64,000 nucleotides of DNA, taken from NCBI RefSeq assembly GCF_018977255.1, contig NW_024704742.1:24120001-24184000 (forward strand), given 5' to 3'. The translations under genes were made by a program, and so were the position numbers. The notes beneath the pieces are model-generated. The model did no database searches. It was not told the DNA's origin and worked only from the letters and a program-made list of their open reading frames with translations. Positions within the stretch are counted from its first letter, which is position 1. The number at the start of each line of letters is the position of its first letter. Origin of the DNA: Callorhinchus milii. Lineage: Eukaryota. Shown here piece after piece: positions 24,991-38,588 of the stretch.

Positions 24991-26479
24991 GATCCAGCAA
25001 TAGCAGAACAGAGGGAGTGGACTGAGGAGATCAGAGGGGTAGGGTGGGGCAATGGCAAGAAGGCACACAGTTATTGGAGGATGGGGATAATTGACCTATA
25101 GAGCCTTATATGGGAGAGGATGTGAGCTACAGAGTTCTGGGCAAATGGAGCATATAGATCACTAGATAGCAGCTGAATGGTAACTAGATGTAATGCTCCT
25201 ACAGCCATACTTGCAGAGATCAGCTATTTCAGCACAGAGAACATTTGACCTTCCTAGTCTGTGAATCAGTACACTATGTTTACCTTCTGAGCCAAGATAT
25301 TTGATGTTATAGTCATTTTAATTAACAAGGACACACACACAAACATATATACAAACTGTCGAATGACATGAATCTTGATTCAGTTGAATTCTAAGTAGTG
25401 TACATATCTGGTTTGCCAAAAAATATAATGCTTGGATCAAGACCTGAGAATAAAAATAGCTAATTTACAAAATTCTGTAACACAGCCAATTTGTTCATTC
25501 ATTCAGCAATGCAATCCAAGTTTTAAAAAACTAATAGTTTTCACGAAAACATATTTTCCCCCCAAAAAAGATTAGGGATTTAAATCATGCTGTTTTTTTC
25601 CAAGTGGCATTGTACTGTGGATTGGTTTGGCATGCTGACTGAAGCAGAACGAGATGTTGGTAATTGGGATCATTTGATACTTGGATGAAGTTTCATACTT
25701 AAGAATATAAATGTTATGCTTGGAGCAAGAATTTTGTACAATAACAAGGAAGGGAAAAGGGTTCAGTACATTGGAATTTTATACTTGCACCAAACAAATG
25801 CCACACTGCAGTTGACTAGAATGGCTTTTACTGGGTACATGGTCTTTTCCTTACATATTAATTAAATCCAGTGCAATGCGAGGGCAATGCAGCATTGCCA
25901 GAGACCACAAGATCAATTTGGATGAAGAAAGACCTTCAGTTCACTTATCCTTCCAGAATACCCCCTCAACTGTCCTCAAACACCATCAAGTTATTAATAA
26001 TAATCCCTGCATTTGATTTGCGCCTTATCATGTTGTTGAGATGTCTCAAAGCACTTCATAGGATTTTACAGTAAAGTGACGGTGTATTTGTAGGCAAATG
26101 CAGCAGCCAATTTGCATGCAACTATATTCTACAAGACATGAAGTGAAACAATACCTCCAGCAATTCAGCACACCCTTAGCACTTCATTGGAGTGTCAGTC
26201 TAGACTGTGTGTCAAAGCCCCAACATGAGGCTTGAATCCACAATCTCCTGACTCAGTAGTGAGGGTGCTACCAATTGAGCCAGGCTGACAGCTAGCTGAT
26301 ATAAAGCATCTTTAACATCAAGAATGTCTCAAAGAGTTTCACCACCTTTCTGAAAGGTGTAGTGATTGTGTATATGAGGGCGAATGCAGCAGCCAATATG
26401 TCCCACAAACAACCATGAAGTGATTGATCAATTTTAGCTGGAGAATGTTGGCCAAGATGCCAGGAGAAACTCCATTGTC

Positions 26480-27750
26480 TTTTTAAATTGTTAAACGTCT
26501 TATCCAAAGGATGCAATTGCATTGAATAATTTTGGGTAATTCTAACACTGAATTCTCAACTCTTTTGCCAGAGTATGAATTGCTAATCCCCCAATTCTCA
26601 GGGACAGCGGAAAATTGTAGTTTGTTTGCTGAAGGTGACTTCCAACAGCTATTAAGTACCTTAATTGTTATTTTCAAGAAGGCATACGGTAACCACTATC
26701 CAGCACTTTTACAGCTTCTGTTTTTGATGGCTGATGTTGTCTATACTGCTCACAATCTGTAATCATTGAGTAATTTGCCTACTCTCTTACCATTCTATGC
26801 AGGTGAACAGGCTGACCCGACATAGAATGGCTTTTGCTTGATATCAAGGCATTAGTTCGAATTGGTTGTCCTATTGTGCTAAAATCAATGCCGACTATTA
26901 GTTTTGTTCCATCAAATGTTAATCATTCCCAGAATGGATTTATAACCAAACTGATTTGTTCAATGAAAGCTGGTACGAAGATGCATTAAACATGAGTTTG
27001 CATTTAAGTCTGAATCAAACCAGAAGAAATATTAATGATTTTTCTGCGATACTATTGTTATTTTCTGAGAAACCATTTCCCATTTGCTGTATGATTTATA
27101 TCGGATTTATATCAAACATGCAAGTTTATTTGGGTAACTTCTAGATGCATATCCCTGTGGAGCATCACAATGTTAAATGGCACCTGCAACGGTCAAGCAT
27201 CGATTCTCCAGGTAAAGTCAAAACATTTCCTGTCCAGGGGATGGCATTAAGATTATAAGTTCGGTGGGTAACTGGCTTCTTTGTCACTGAGGATGTTTGC
27301 TTTCTATGTAAGGATTTTCCATTACAATTTAAAGCTTGTGCTCGTATTCTTTATATAGGACAGCTCCTTTACAATGCAACTTAGAATGCAGGTTTGTTTA
27401 GAGTCCAGATCTACTGGGTACAGTCGCTACACAAGAAGCACAATACATCTGGTTTCCAGAGCTGACGAGCTGGCTTCCCAGGCTAAAATATTGCTGACTT
27501 CCAGGTCATCAAATTGCTGCTGATGTTACTTCCACTCGGAGCAGGAAGTACTGTTAATGTCATCCTGACATGCAAACATATAGCATTTGCATCTTATATT
27601 CCAAGGTGTCAAATGGCATCCGCAATTGACAAGTATTGATTCTCCTAATAGAGAACGTTGTTAAAGATTCCATGACACCATTCAAAAAAGTTTAGCTTGG
27701 TACCTTGGTCTGCAGAATATTGATTATTTACTTCATCCATTTGTGGAATC
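26480..27750 (-). mobile_element. Highly decayed Ty3/Gypsy-like pol (RT to integrase zinc finger)
   Basis: Minus-strand LTTFS...LRMPF, CQDDI (Y.DDI) and later MITDCEQYRQHQPSK. RT-before-integrase order, many stops and frameshifts. Confidence 0.5.
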
Positions 27751-27751
27751 T

Positions 27752-27920
27752 TAACATAACATAACATGTAGGAGCAGGAGTAGGCCATTCGGCCCTTCGA
27801 GCCTGCCCCGCCATTCAATCATGGCTGATCTCCTAATCTAACTCCAGCTAATACCATAACCCTGCCTTTTCCCCATATCCCTTAATCCCTTTTGCAATAA
27901 GAAATATATCTATCTTGCTG
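27752..27920 (-). mobile_element. CR1 LINE 3' end
   Basis: ggagcaggagtaggccattcggcccttcgagcctg, reverse complement of a CR1-type 3' terminus. Confidence 0.75.
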
Positions 27921-28717
27921 GCTACTCTGCTGACAAATACAGTCATATCACTTGACATAAATTACTTGTGAAGCGCTATGAGATGTACCATAAAAATGCA
28001 AGTTCTTTGTTTCCTTCATTTACGTTGGACCATTCTCGAAGGATGTAATTTAGATTACTGGAAAAGAATTTGCTTTTACAAATTTCAGCAAATCCCCAGT
28101 GGGTAATTGTAGGGGTCATTGCTAATATTAATGGAATAAATGCCTTAAATGCCTGTTCCTTACATATTTGTGAAAAAAAATCCATTTGCACACTTGGGTT
28201 GAATTTACTTAGGACCCAAATAAATGGTATCCCTGGTAACAACGCAACTTCACATGGATATCCAATTCAAAAAGCTATTGCAACAGAGCAGAGTTGGCAT
28301 TCTATTGCAACAGCCAATACAATAGAATTTATATTTATACAGCGCCTTTCAAGTCGGGAGTATGTGGCAAAGAGCTTGACAGTCCTAGCTTGGCACCTGA
28401 GCTGGGCTGGGAGCTGAGGGGTGTGGGAAAGGGAAAGATGACCGAAGATATGGTCAAAGGGGAAGTTCTTGAAATGAACTTTAAAAGAGGTGAGGGTGGG
28501 AGTGAATTGGGACTCCAGAAAGGGGATAGAAACTGAGTGGGGGAAGCTAACTCTTCTTGGCCACCTATGTCATCGAAAATGCTGAGCTCAGTTTCCATCA
28601 AATTGTGGGCACTAACCATTTATTCAGCAATCATCCAGGTTAATTTTTCATTCTCCTCATGGCTATTTTGAAACTTGCTGGGTGCAAATGTTTGCCACAT
28701 CATTACACTTTTATTTG

Positions 28718-28885
28718 TTAACCAGATGCCTGACACATGTGGAAACCCATCACCATACTTAAGTCCCCAAATCAAACTGAGAATTCCATGCATCCCAGCT
28801 CTACAAGGAAATGTGCGTGTATTGAAATGGAATGTGTAATTGCTTCTCAGAGGGCTGTATCCTGCTTATCTAATTCCAGAGAGTA
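28718..28885 (-). mobile_element. Truncated copy of the CCHC-LINE 3'UTR repeat
   Basis: ctgacacatgtggaaacccatcacc... shared with 19298-20165. Confidence 0.7.
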
Positions 28886-29235
28886 TTACTTGTGTCACAA
28901 CTCTGGACACTAACGCCTGAAAAGCACTTTACAATGTTTTGACATGTCAAGGCACTATAAAACGTATTGCCTTTGTATCACTCTGTGGTGGCACAGCATG
29001 TTGGAACTTCGTGATGCTGCATGATGACCTGAAATAATTTACAATTTAATTCATTGAGAAAATTATTGACTGCCCAGTAGCACAGTACATTGTCTTCCTC
29101 CACCAGACTTTGAAACTTGTCTTTGATTCCTAACCTCATTGGCATTCACAGTTTGGTTTTCTCAACACAACACACCAATGTCAAGTGGATCATTGTGTGC
29201 AATAGAGTGGACGAGGGCCAATGGAAAGGAGGGAA

Positions 29236-29478
29236 ATTATAATAATAATAATAATCCTTGCATTTGATACAGTGCTTTTCACATCTTTCTAGGCATCTCA
29301 AAGCGCTTCACAGAATATACTGTAAAGTGAATTGACTGTATATTTGTGGGCAAAATGCAGCAGCCAAATTGCGCACAGCAGTGTCCCACAAACAGTCATG
29401 GATTGAAGTGACCAATTTATTATTGTTTTTTTTCTTGAGGGATTATTATTAGGCGCGTGGAGTAAGGAAACTTGCCCA
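29236..29478 (-). mobile_element. tRNA-SINE, 5'-truncated (short variant)
   Basis: Family body and tail. Confidence 0.85.
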
Positions 29479-29971
29479 ATTATCATCAGCATTTCTCTCA
29501 GGTCACAGTGGGAGATCTCCCTGTGGAGATTTCGCTGCTTCCCAGCCTATTCTCCCAGCTAGAGTCCAACATGCATGAACTTGGAGATAACAAAAATATT
29601 AAAGGCAATAAAATGAAAGAATGTTTTCAAAAGATCTCGATTGTCCACTTCTATTTGATGAAATTAACTTGTCAATTGACATTCTAATCTGCAAAATAGA
29701 GTTTAAAAGATAAATATAATCGAGCCAAGAAATAAAGAGCCTATTGCTCCAGTGAAAGTCCATTTCTGACCTTCTTTCACTTGTGCCAAAGGCAGTCACA
29801 ATTGACTTGAGTTTACAGTGCTCATGAGTGATTGATCTTTCATTCCTGTGAAAGAAGTCACAAAGTGGCTGTCATTGGTGTGATATCCTATTGGGATTAT
29901 TTGCTCTTTAGGTTTGCCATCATAAAATGTTCTCATTCACAATACAAGACCCATATGTTTTTGCACTATAT

Positions 29972-30130
29972 CAGCAGTATGTATCCCTCCAGGGAGAGGG
30001 TGTTCATTCCATTCCAACAATCTATCTCTGGAATTTCCATGTGTAGGTGGGAGGCATCAAAATCTCAGCTTGGTTTGGACACTCTTAACATAGTGATTTT
30101 TTTCGCATGTGTCAGACACCCGGCTGACCA
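29972..30130 (+). mobile_element. Truncated copy of the CCHC-LINE 3'UTR repeat
   Basis: tccattccaacaatctatctctggaatttccatgtg...gtcagacacccggctgacc. Confidence 0.75.
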
Positions 30131-32486
30131 CCCGATCCCACCGCAAAAAAAACCTGCGCATCAATAATTTGTCAATTCAAAAGTTTTTCTTTTTTTTAAT
30201 AATCGTTACATCTCAGAGGGCAATCAAGGGTTTGCTCTGTGCCCTTTCCTGGATAATTGTTTATTTCGTTCTCGCTTTTTACGGTTAGGTGGCATCTCAT
30301 TCTGTGCTTTCAGTGTGGCCTACTGAAGATTAGCCTTGGATGCCACATGCTAGGTGGATCATGATTTTCTTACTGCATCAAGTCTGGAGACTGGAAACAG
30401 ATCAAGACTGCAGGAAGATCAGGCCTGAATGTAGACCTTTGTACAGCACTCCCACATGGAGTAGGCAGTTTCTTTAAAGAAAAGTCATCTGCTGTTATCC
30501 ATCGAGGCTACTCCAGGAATCAATTGGACTTCTTCAGTTAGCTTGTTCACTGTTGTGCACTGAGTACCAGCTTCCCCCTGCTGGTCGAATTATGTGTTAT
30601 CTGCACATTTTAGTTGCTGTAGGAGGCTGACAGGAGGAAGGAAAGTCAAGTGGGAGCACTTTCTGTTCAAAGTATTCTATCAAGATAAAGCAGGAAGCAA
30701 TATATTCTTAAATATTTCACACCTCACACAAGCAATGGTTGCATTAACATTTAACAATGCAGAAACAAAATATGACATAAGTTAAGGCCTATTAAAAGAT
30801 ATTCATACACCAGGCACAGTAAGAGTGATTCAGAAAAGGTCACACAATTGAAATGAAGAGTCACACTTTCATTCAATCCACCTCTAGTTAACAAGCTTAA
30901 TTTGGATTATATCCTGTGTCAGAAACATGTCAATAGATTGGTTATCTCTGTTCCCACGTGTGAGTATGTGAAACCTCACAGCACTTCTATTTCCAGGTGT
31001 CATTTTACTGTTGCCAAAATTTTCAGTACTTGAAAATTCAGTCTCTCAAGACACACTGGGAGTGGATTCTTTAATTCTGCCTGCGAGTCCTGCTCCTTTG
31101 CAAAAAAACAATCTATGTGTCACAATTTTGTCTTGCCAACGCTAGGAAATTGTTCATGAGGCCAATTTCTGGCACGAGGGAATCAGATAGATAATAAATA
31201 TCATTAATAAGAATTGGAGACGTTGTATATACACGCTGTCTATTGCCCAGTAATGCTGCCAAGGACTTTCCCTCCACTTTACATGAAAAACGTTATCAAT
31301 TTTATAAGATCAGGTGGCACTTGTTAACTTCTGGTTTAAATTAGTTTAGGTCAGGCTGAAGAAAATGATTCTTTCCGAGCAACTCTCACAAGTAAATCAG
31401 ACTTCTTTTCCATGTTGCTTTCCGAGTGTTCTTAAACAGACCTTAAGCCTAGATATTTGTTATCTTTTGTCAGCTGCATTCAGCCCTCACACTGTCTCCT
31501 CTAGTTTATTAATTGTTGTTCCCTTCCTGGTGGTACATCTCAGACACAAAGCTCTCAGATTATTAATGAGATCTCTACCGGATACACTGAATACAAAATA
31601 AGCCTATCAACACTGCATCGACGACTAATCTTTGCTGCAGTTCTGCAGTCAGCACCTTCCACATTTTTCCTTTCATTTTTGATGCAGTGCAACCAAGATA
31701 CCAGGAATAATAAAATATGAAGCTGGAGAATTGTGCTGCAGCACCAGGAATTAAAATCGGCCATAAATATTGAAAGGTTTTGTGAGGCTTTGCAGCCAAA
31801 ACATTGAGAAGGCTGACAGAATGATTAATTTCATCTCTCAACACTCTGGTTATCAGGGACTGAATATTTCTGAAGTACCAATAATTAGGTTTTGTTGGAA
31901 GGCTTCCTGTTTGACAGGAGTGTGGAACTGAACCTGCTTCAGTGACACCAAGTTTTAAGTAACTCACATGATCTATGGGGGGACCAAGATTGATTTTGGA
32001 AATGCAAAATGTATGTGAAGGCAGATTGATAAAATACCTCAGTTGTATCTTGACATTTAGAGGCTGTTCTTCCTTCTTGTTTCATTTGCACTTTGTTTTG
32101 AGGGTTGGGATTAGAAATACGATCAGAAAGAGTCTGGAATATTTTACAAAACATAAAACACGGTTTGCATTCTAAATGTTATTTACTCTTGCTCTTACCA
32201 CTCCAGCAAGTCAACAAAATAAAATATTTTTTCTGAAATAGTCCTAGTCATATATTCTAAATATTTCACATGAAACATCATTCTCACTGACTTGGAGGAG
32301 AGCGCTTCTTCCAACATAACATTTACTGATAAGCTCAACCTATGGATGCAGGTGTCTAAACATAAGAAGGATAAATAGCATTAAAAAAATTTAGATTTAC
32401 AGTATTAAGCAAATGAGCCAAAAAGCAGTAGACGGATTTTCATTCAGCTAAATGTAAGATACTAGGAGCAAGGATTCCTCGCATCC

Positions 32487-32842
32487 AGCTCCTGTTAACC
32501 CTGTAAGCCAAAGCCCTAACATGGGTAGGGTTGCACAAGCAGTGGGAAGCTTGCCAGACAGTACTCTCAATGGCAAGCTGTGGGGTTTTGGCCAATTAAA
32601 CTCAAGCAGTACCCCATTGCATAATCTTGGGTCCCCACGCCTAAGATTTTGCCAACCTGTGCCTAATGCTCTTTGGAATTAAGTAAGCAGTATGCATCCC
32701 TCCAGGGAAAGAGTGCAAATTCCATTCCAGACACAGGAATTTCCATGTGTAGGTGGCATGTTTGGAATTCATGGAAGTTTGGTTTGGATACTCTTAAGCA
32801 TGGTGATGGTTTCCCACATGTGTCAGATACCCAGCTGACTAC
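32487..32842 (+). mobile_element. Copy of the CCHC-LINE 3'UTR repeat
   Basis: aaccctgtaagccaaagccctaac...gtcagatacccagctgac. Confidence 0.75.
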
Positions 32843-33149
32843 ATTTTATTTTGGAACAAGAAACAACAGACAATCTGACCAGCATTGCAACACAGGCTCT
32901 GAGGATGTACACACCATGACGAGGTATCCAGCAGAAGAGGTGGGGAAACTAAGGGATTATCAATTATTGACTTAATCTTCCCATTACTGAAAAGCTGTTG
33001 TCAAAATTCCCTCAATTTCCCTATTGAGGACATATGACAATAAGTCAAGATCTGTTGACTGAACTCAGTCAGTGGTGTAGTCAGAATGTGAATTTGATAC
33101 AAAATGTTTGGCATCTAATCTTCACGGGAACATTGATATGTTGGCGAGG

Positions 33150-33570
33150 ATTTAGAAAAGAGGGACAAGGGTAATTCCTGACTTAGAGCTTTGAGTTAAA
33201 AGGAAAGGAACATAGGGCTGAACTTTCTTCTGCTTGAGAACAGAATATTGAGGATGATTTGATCCAAGTCTTTAAAATACAGGAAATCATACACATTATA
33301 GATATAGGTTAACTTTTTGACTTCAATAAGTGCAGAAGAAATAATAAATGGATTTAAAAAGACCAAGTCTTGAGTGAAGCAACACCACCACCAACATTTT
33401 GCATTGATATAGCAGTTGATGAGTTAGGCTTTCAGGGGGTATTTAAAGAGGGGATAAGGCAAAGAAATTGAGGCAGCGATGGATGACTTCTTGGAGAATC
33501 AAATACTGACATGAGAAAGTAGGCCAAATGGCCTCCTACTCTGTCATACATTTCTATGGTTCTATAAGTT
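33150..33570 (+). mobile_element. Old CR1 3' fragment
   Basis: L.DDLIQVFKI-like motif, ends ggccaaatggcctcct...tttctatggttcta. Confidence 0.55.
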
Positions 33571-35227
33571 ATATGACCATTGAGCCGATCCTGTTCTCAC
33601 CCAATGTCCACATACGTACATCTGTCAGCAGGATTGCAATAGAGAGTAGGAATCCAGGCTGTTAGCTCAAGGGCATTGAGACCAATTGTATAACCCCAAC
33701 TAATGTCCTGGCTGAGATCATCTAAAGGCACAGACCAAGATTTGAAGCTGAAACAGTCTGCTCTATATGGCCTAGTGCTGCACAGAACAGTGCCATAAAA
33801 GGAGCATGTCATATTCCGTCCAATTACATCATATAAGGGCACTACAATGACATTTTCACATCTCAGTGGTGAGGTTAGATGTGAATTTTGTCTTAATGGT
33901 ATTTTTAGCAAACAAACTGATAACAGGTTCACAAAACACTTCTAAGTGAAGATTGAAGGCTGGATTTTCAAGCCAATGAATTGAGGGTCACAGAAGTTGA
34001 ATGAGAATGTTATTACATTTGAGTTGAAACATTTTAGAGAGAATTTAAGTAATAAGCAGTAAATCACTAACTAATAATTCTAAGCTCCAAACCTGCTTTA
34101 TTCTGATATCTGTCATTCAAATCTGTGACATAGATATAAAACTAGATAGGTTGGCAGCAGTCTTGACATTTAACATCCTTGCAAGCAGATTAAAGATTTT
34201 TATTTGGTGAATAAGAATGTTGTGTTCCTCATAGTGAGGGATGTTTTCTCCCCTTTCTGGTACCTAACAGTAACATCAAGCGCTCCAAGACAGATAAAGC
34301 ATAGGTTAGGTGAGGAATAAAACCTCTTCCACTCTACCTTGAACAACATAGCTTGGTCCAAGCCTCAGAGCATCCCTTCTACACTGGTGTAGCATATTGT
34401 TTTCCTCCTACTGTGTTGGCAGCCTTCTACATTGTATGTTTTCCTGCTCTGAGCGAAACTTGCATCTCCATGTATGGACATTGCATAACTGTATAATGTG
34501 TGACTAAAATAACTTGGATTCACCCATCTTTAATGGCCTTAATTTTTGCTTTTGTACTTTTTGCCCCACTCATGGTAAACCCATATCAGAAAATGAGAAT
34601 CAGCATTAAAACTACCCACCTGGGATTTTCGGCTGGTTTAGCATTATCCACATTGGGTCATTGGTGGTAGATTTATTGACAGGGTCATAATTGCTCTCAT
34701 AAACATTTCAACATAAAGCTCTCACTGTTTACCTTTTATTTATAGTGAACTTTTGTACATGTCAAAGAGAAAGCACTGGGGAATGATTTTTCTTTTACTT
34801 GATACCCAATGGCCATGCCACACATTTCAGAATTCCCTAGATAAACCCCAGGTTAATTTAAAACATCCACCTCTCCACACTACCTTCCACCAAAAACCCT
34901 CCAAGTCTCCCAATGGAGCATTTCATTTCTATTCTCCCATTCCAGACTCCCATGGGCTGTTTGAGTTACTTTTAGTTGTTTTATGTATCACTAAAAGCAG
35001 GAAGGACTCAGGATCTATCTTCGCTCAGTGCTCCGTAATTACACCATTGGTGGACACTTTACAGTCGGGCTCAGTGCTCCTGGGCTAGGGAGAAGATAAA
35101 ATCAGTCAGGGTTCCCACTTCTGTTGCCGCTGCTGGAAAGTGCACAGATGTGAAGTAGAACTTAACTGCGTCACCCCACTCCATCAAATAACAAGCTATT
35201 ACAGTTTTAGCTAATTAGACTCCAGCA

Positions 35228-35425
35228 GTTCCTGACACACACTCTGGGGGTCCCCAAGCCTTTGCTCTTCTGCCTAATAAATTCTGGAATTAAGTGTTGC
35301 ATTCTGTCCCAACCATCTCTCTGGGATTTCCACGTGTAGGTGGGATGCTTGGAATTCTCAGCTTGGTTTGGATACTTTTAAGCATAATGATGAGTTTCCG
35401 CATGTGTCTGACACGCGGCTGGTCC
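35228..35425 (+). mobile_element. Truncated copy of the CCHC-LINE 3'UTR repeat
   Basis: tctcagcttggtttggatact...tttccgcatgtgtctgacac. Confidence 0.7.
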
Positions 35426-36906
35426 CCCACCGTACCCCCGCCCCCCCAAAAAAAATACTTTGAGGTTCACTTTATGTTGATTGTGACAAATGGCAATATT
35501 TTAGTTTCATCTTTTCAATGGGAAATCCCATTAGAAAAACACAGTGAAATCATTGTTTTTTTAATGATCATCTTGCATAAAAATATAATAAAAAAAACCT
35601 TACATTTGATAAAAATGTTCTCTTGGACAAGGTGTCAAATGGTGAATGATGCCTGTGGAAGTGTGCAATTCCTTTAAGAAAGAATGGAAGAAGCGAAACC
35701 AGGGAGGAAGGTATGAGTTGGTGCATCTGTTCCTCGGCTCTGACTAAATTCATTGCAATGTGATGTATCTTGAATGGTTATGGAGTGACCTAGGTGATTC
35801 TCCCAACTCAGGAAGTATTGTACTAATCAAATGTAAATGATTTTAAGAACTTGCCCGTGCACAAGCTTCATACAGAGCTTCCTTTAAATGTATTACTAAC
35901 AAGTAATGACAATGATTTAAGCTCTATGGGATGCTACCCTGAGCGAGGGGCGCGATATAATTGTAAGTTGTTGTTGTTGACAAGGATTTCAGCCAATTAC
36001 TACAGGCATCTGGAATTCCCTTTGTACACATACATTTGCACATGGTTAGTACAATTCAAAAGTTAGACCTCCCCAAGTGCCCCGAACCCCTTCCCCAACC
36101 TGGCTCTGAAATCCATTGTCTCCATTTAGTGTCACTCCATAGTGATCTTGCTCCACACTCTGGGGAGCAGAATCCTGATGCTCCGTGTTTCCTTCAACAC
36201 TGGCTCATGTTCAGTAATACATTCTCTCCTCCCAAGCGTCTCTGCTGTTAGGTGCCTCTACTGAAAACTTGTTGTTGAAAACTTCACAGATTGCCAAGAA
36301 AATCATGATTTTGGACATGTAATGCTAAATTTAATTGACCGGCTACAAACCCAACAGCAAAAAGGGTGGTGTGCCAAGTATCCTTAAGAGATCTCGCAAC
36401 AGAGTGATTCTGAGGCAACTGTCTCACTTGCCAAGTTGGTCTTTTGTTGCAGGATCAGTAGCAGCAGCACTGAATGGAGAATGAAGGATGGAGTTTATCT
36501 CATTAGTGAGCAAAGAGCCTGATAAGCTACTGCAGAGTTTAATGAGAGCACGTTGTGGTGGTCCAATTAGGATATATATATTTAAATAAGAACAGAACAC
36601 TCAACATTGAATCAATCCAATCTTTATTTCTTCAATTATTATTCAGACTTGAGAAACTTTAAGATGGATGGATTGATCTCAAAGAAACAAAGAACTCTTA
36701 TTACAAAAGGAATTTCAGCTTCGCTGAACATGTAAAAGTAAAATCAACGGACCTTTGGGCATTGTGTTATTCTCTATGGCATGAAATATGCATTTACATT
36801 GTAACTATAGATGTACCACATTTAAAAATGCTTCTTTCAAACAGAAAGCTAAACACAAAAGAGCAAAAATTAGAGTTAGGCTCTTTTACCTTTTCACTTT
36901 CTCTCC

Positions 36907-37205
36907 CAAATGACACTGATCCAGGTGTCTTTTAACTTTGCTCTTTTGTTTGTGGTGCAGCTGAAACTGAAACCTCACTGTATGGAGGATGGCAAGTCTG
37001 TTATTTTTCTATCCCTCTTTATTGCCTTTCTGTAGCCCCCCATTCCCTAACACAGAAAGCTCCCAAACACTACTCACAGGGTCAACCACTGTACAGCTGA
37101 GGCACCAGTGGGCAAATGACACTGATCCAAATGTCTTTTAACTTTGCTCTTTTGTATGTGGTGCAGCTGAGATTGAAAACTCACTGTATGGAGAATGGTA
37201 AGTCT
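36907..37205 (+). repeat. Direct duplication of 93 bp (36907-36999 and 37113-37205)
   Basis: caaatgacactgatcc...ctcactgtatggag.atgg.aagtct occurs twice. Confidence 0.9.
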
Positions 37206-37279
37206 AAAGTCCATCCTATCACACCAGGGTGTAATCCATCAGCACATTTGAAATTGTAAAAGTTTCACTAAACATTTGT

Positions 37280-37700
37280 CCCACTGGCTATAATCCTTTA
37301 GAATTTCTGAAAGGAAGTCCTGTGCTCTGTTCTACCATGACTGGTAGACTGTGGGCACATTTGAAGAGGTAGGTTTTCAAGAAGTTCTAATAGGCAGATA
37401 AAGGTGGTGAGAGAGGGAAGTCCAGAGGGTAGGGGCATAGTGCCTGAAGGCTCAGTTGCCAATTGTGTGAGGGGGTGAGGAACACATGGCATACCTGAGT
37501 TTTGCTGAGTGGAGAGGACAAGCAGACGAGTGAGGCTAGAGAAGGTCCCAGTGGTAAGAGAGTGTGGGGGGAGGGCATGTAGGGATTTGTAGGTGAGAGT
37601 GAGGAGCTTAAAGTCAATCTATTGGAAATCAGGGAGCCAGTGGAGCCTGGTGAGAGGGGTACAAAACTTAGCGCTCAGTGAGGTGAGGATGTGAGAGGCT
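37280..37700 (-). mobile_element. L2 LINE 3' fragment
   Basis: Reverse strand LHWLP-like and LKTYLF motifs. Confidence 0.65.
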
Positions 37701-38124
37701 GAATTCATAGAATATTACAGCATAGAAACAGGCCATTTGGCTCACTTGTGCTTTTTTCTACATGAGCCCACTCTCCTGCTCATTTCTCCCCTTTAAGACT
37801 CCTTTTCTTCCAGTATCTATCTAATTCCCTTGATATGTAGCAAACTGATTGAACAGAGTTATCTTATTAATGGTTGCAGCATTTTTATCTTTCAGCGATA
37901 CCTCTACCTGTTTTATGGTTTAATGGTATTGTGCTTGTTCCACATTGTTACATTAGCTCTTTCGATCTCTACAACTATTGCTTGTTTCTTTTTCTTGTTC
38001 CTTTATGTTGTGGAACAAATAACATCCTCTACACAGAACAAAATTAAAGGATGTTATGTTAGACATTTTATACAAATCAGTAACTACGTGCACAATTCAA
38101 TTTTTTGAAAACAAAAAACAAACC

Positions 38125-38130
38125 TTTAAT
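38125..38130 (-). terminator. Candidate polyadenylation signal (ATTAAA) for TMEM154
   Basis: ATTAAA about 350 nt after the putative stop, followed by T/GT-rich tttgttttttgtttt. Confidence 0.3.
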
Positions 38131-38476
38131 CAAAAATAAAGTTTAAGAAGTTTGTGAAAGCTCCATAAGTGGATGAAAAAGAATACATTAAGGATACAGT
38201 GCATATGGATTGTCTCATTCAGGGACATTCTGGGACAGGAATCCATCTTTGTCAATTAACTTGGCGAACGTTTCATGATTCTGATTCACTGTAAAAGAGA
38301 GCGGAAAAAATGCTTTTGTCAGTCGCGAAGGAGCTCACTCATATCCTGCCACTGTCCCTTTCCAGCCCATCACCATTCAAAAAAAATTGAGGTTGACAAG
38401 ATCTAGTTGTGATGTAAGGTCTGCTCTGCATACAAGTCTCAATTGACTTCATTTCTAAAACCAAATGGGTCCTGAG

Positions 38477-38588
38477 TCAACATCTGTTGGCATTGTACAC
38501 AACATCATTCGACAAAACTTGGTTTAAATGAAATGTATCTTCGTGTTGGGTTTCCAAAGGTTGTAGCTTAACCTTTGCTTTTCCAGCA
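38477..38588 (-). CDS. TMEM154: Probable TMEM154 terminal coding exon (AGKAKVKLQPLETQHEDTFHLNQVLSNDVVYNANRC*)
   Basis: gtttacag acceptor, phase-2 entry open to TGA at 38477-38479, followed by unique UTR-like sequence. No recognisable homology, so a closer short terminal exon cannot be excluded. Confidence 0.5.
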
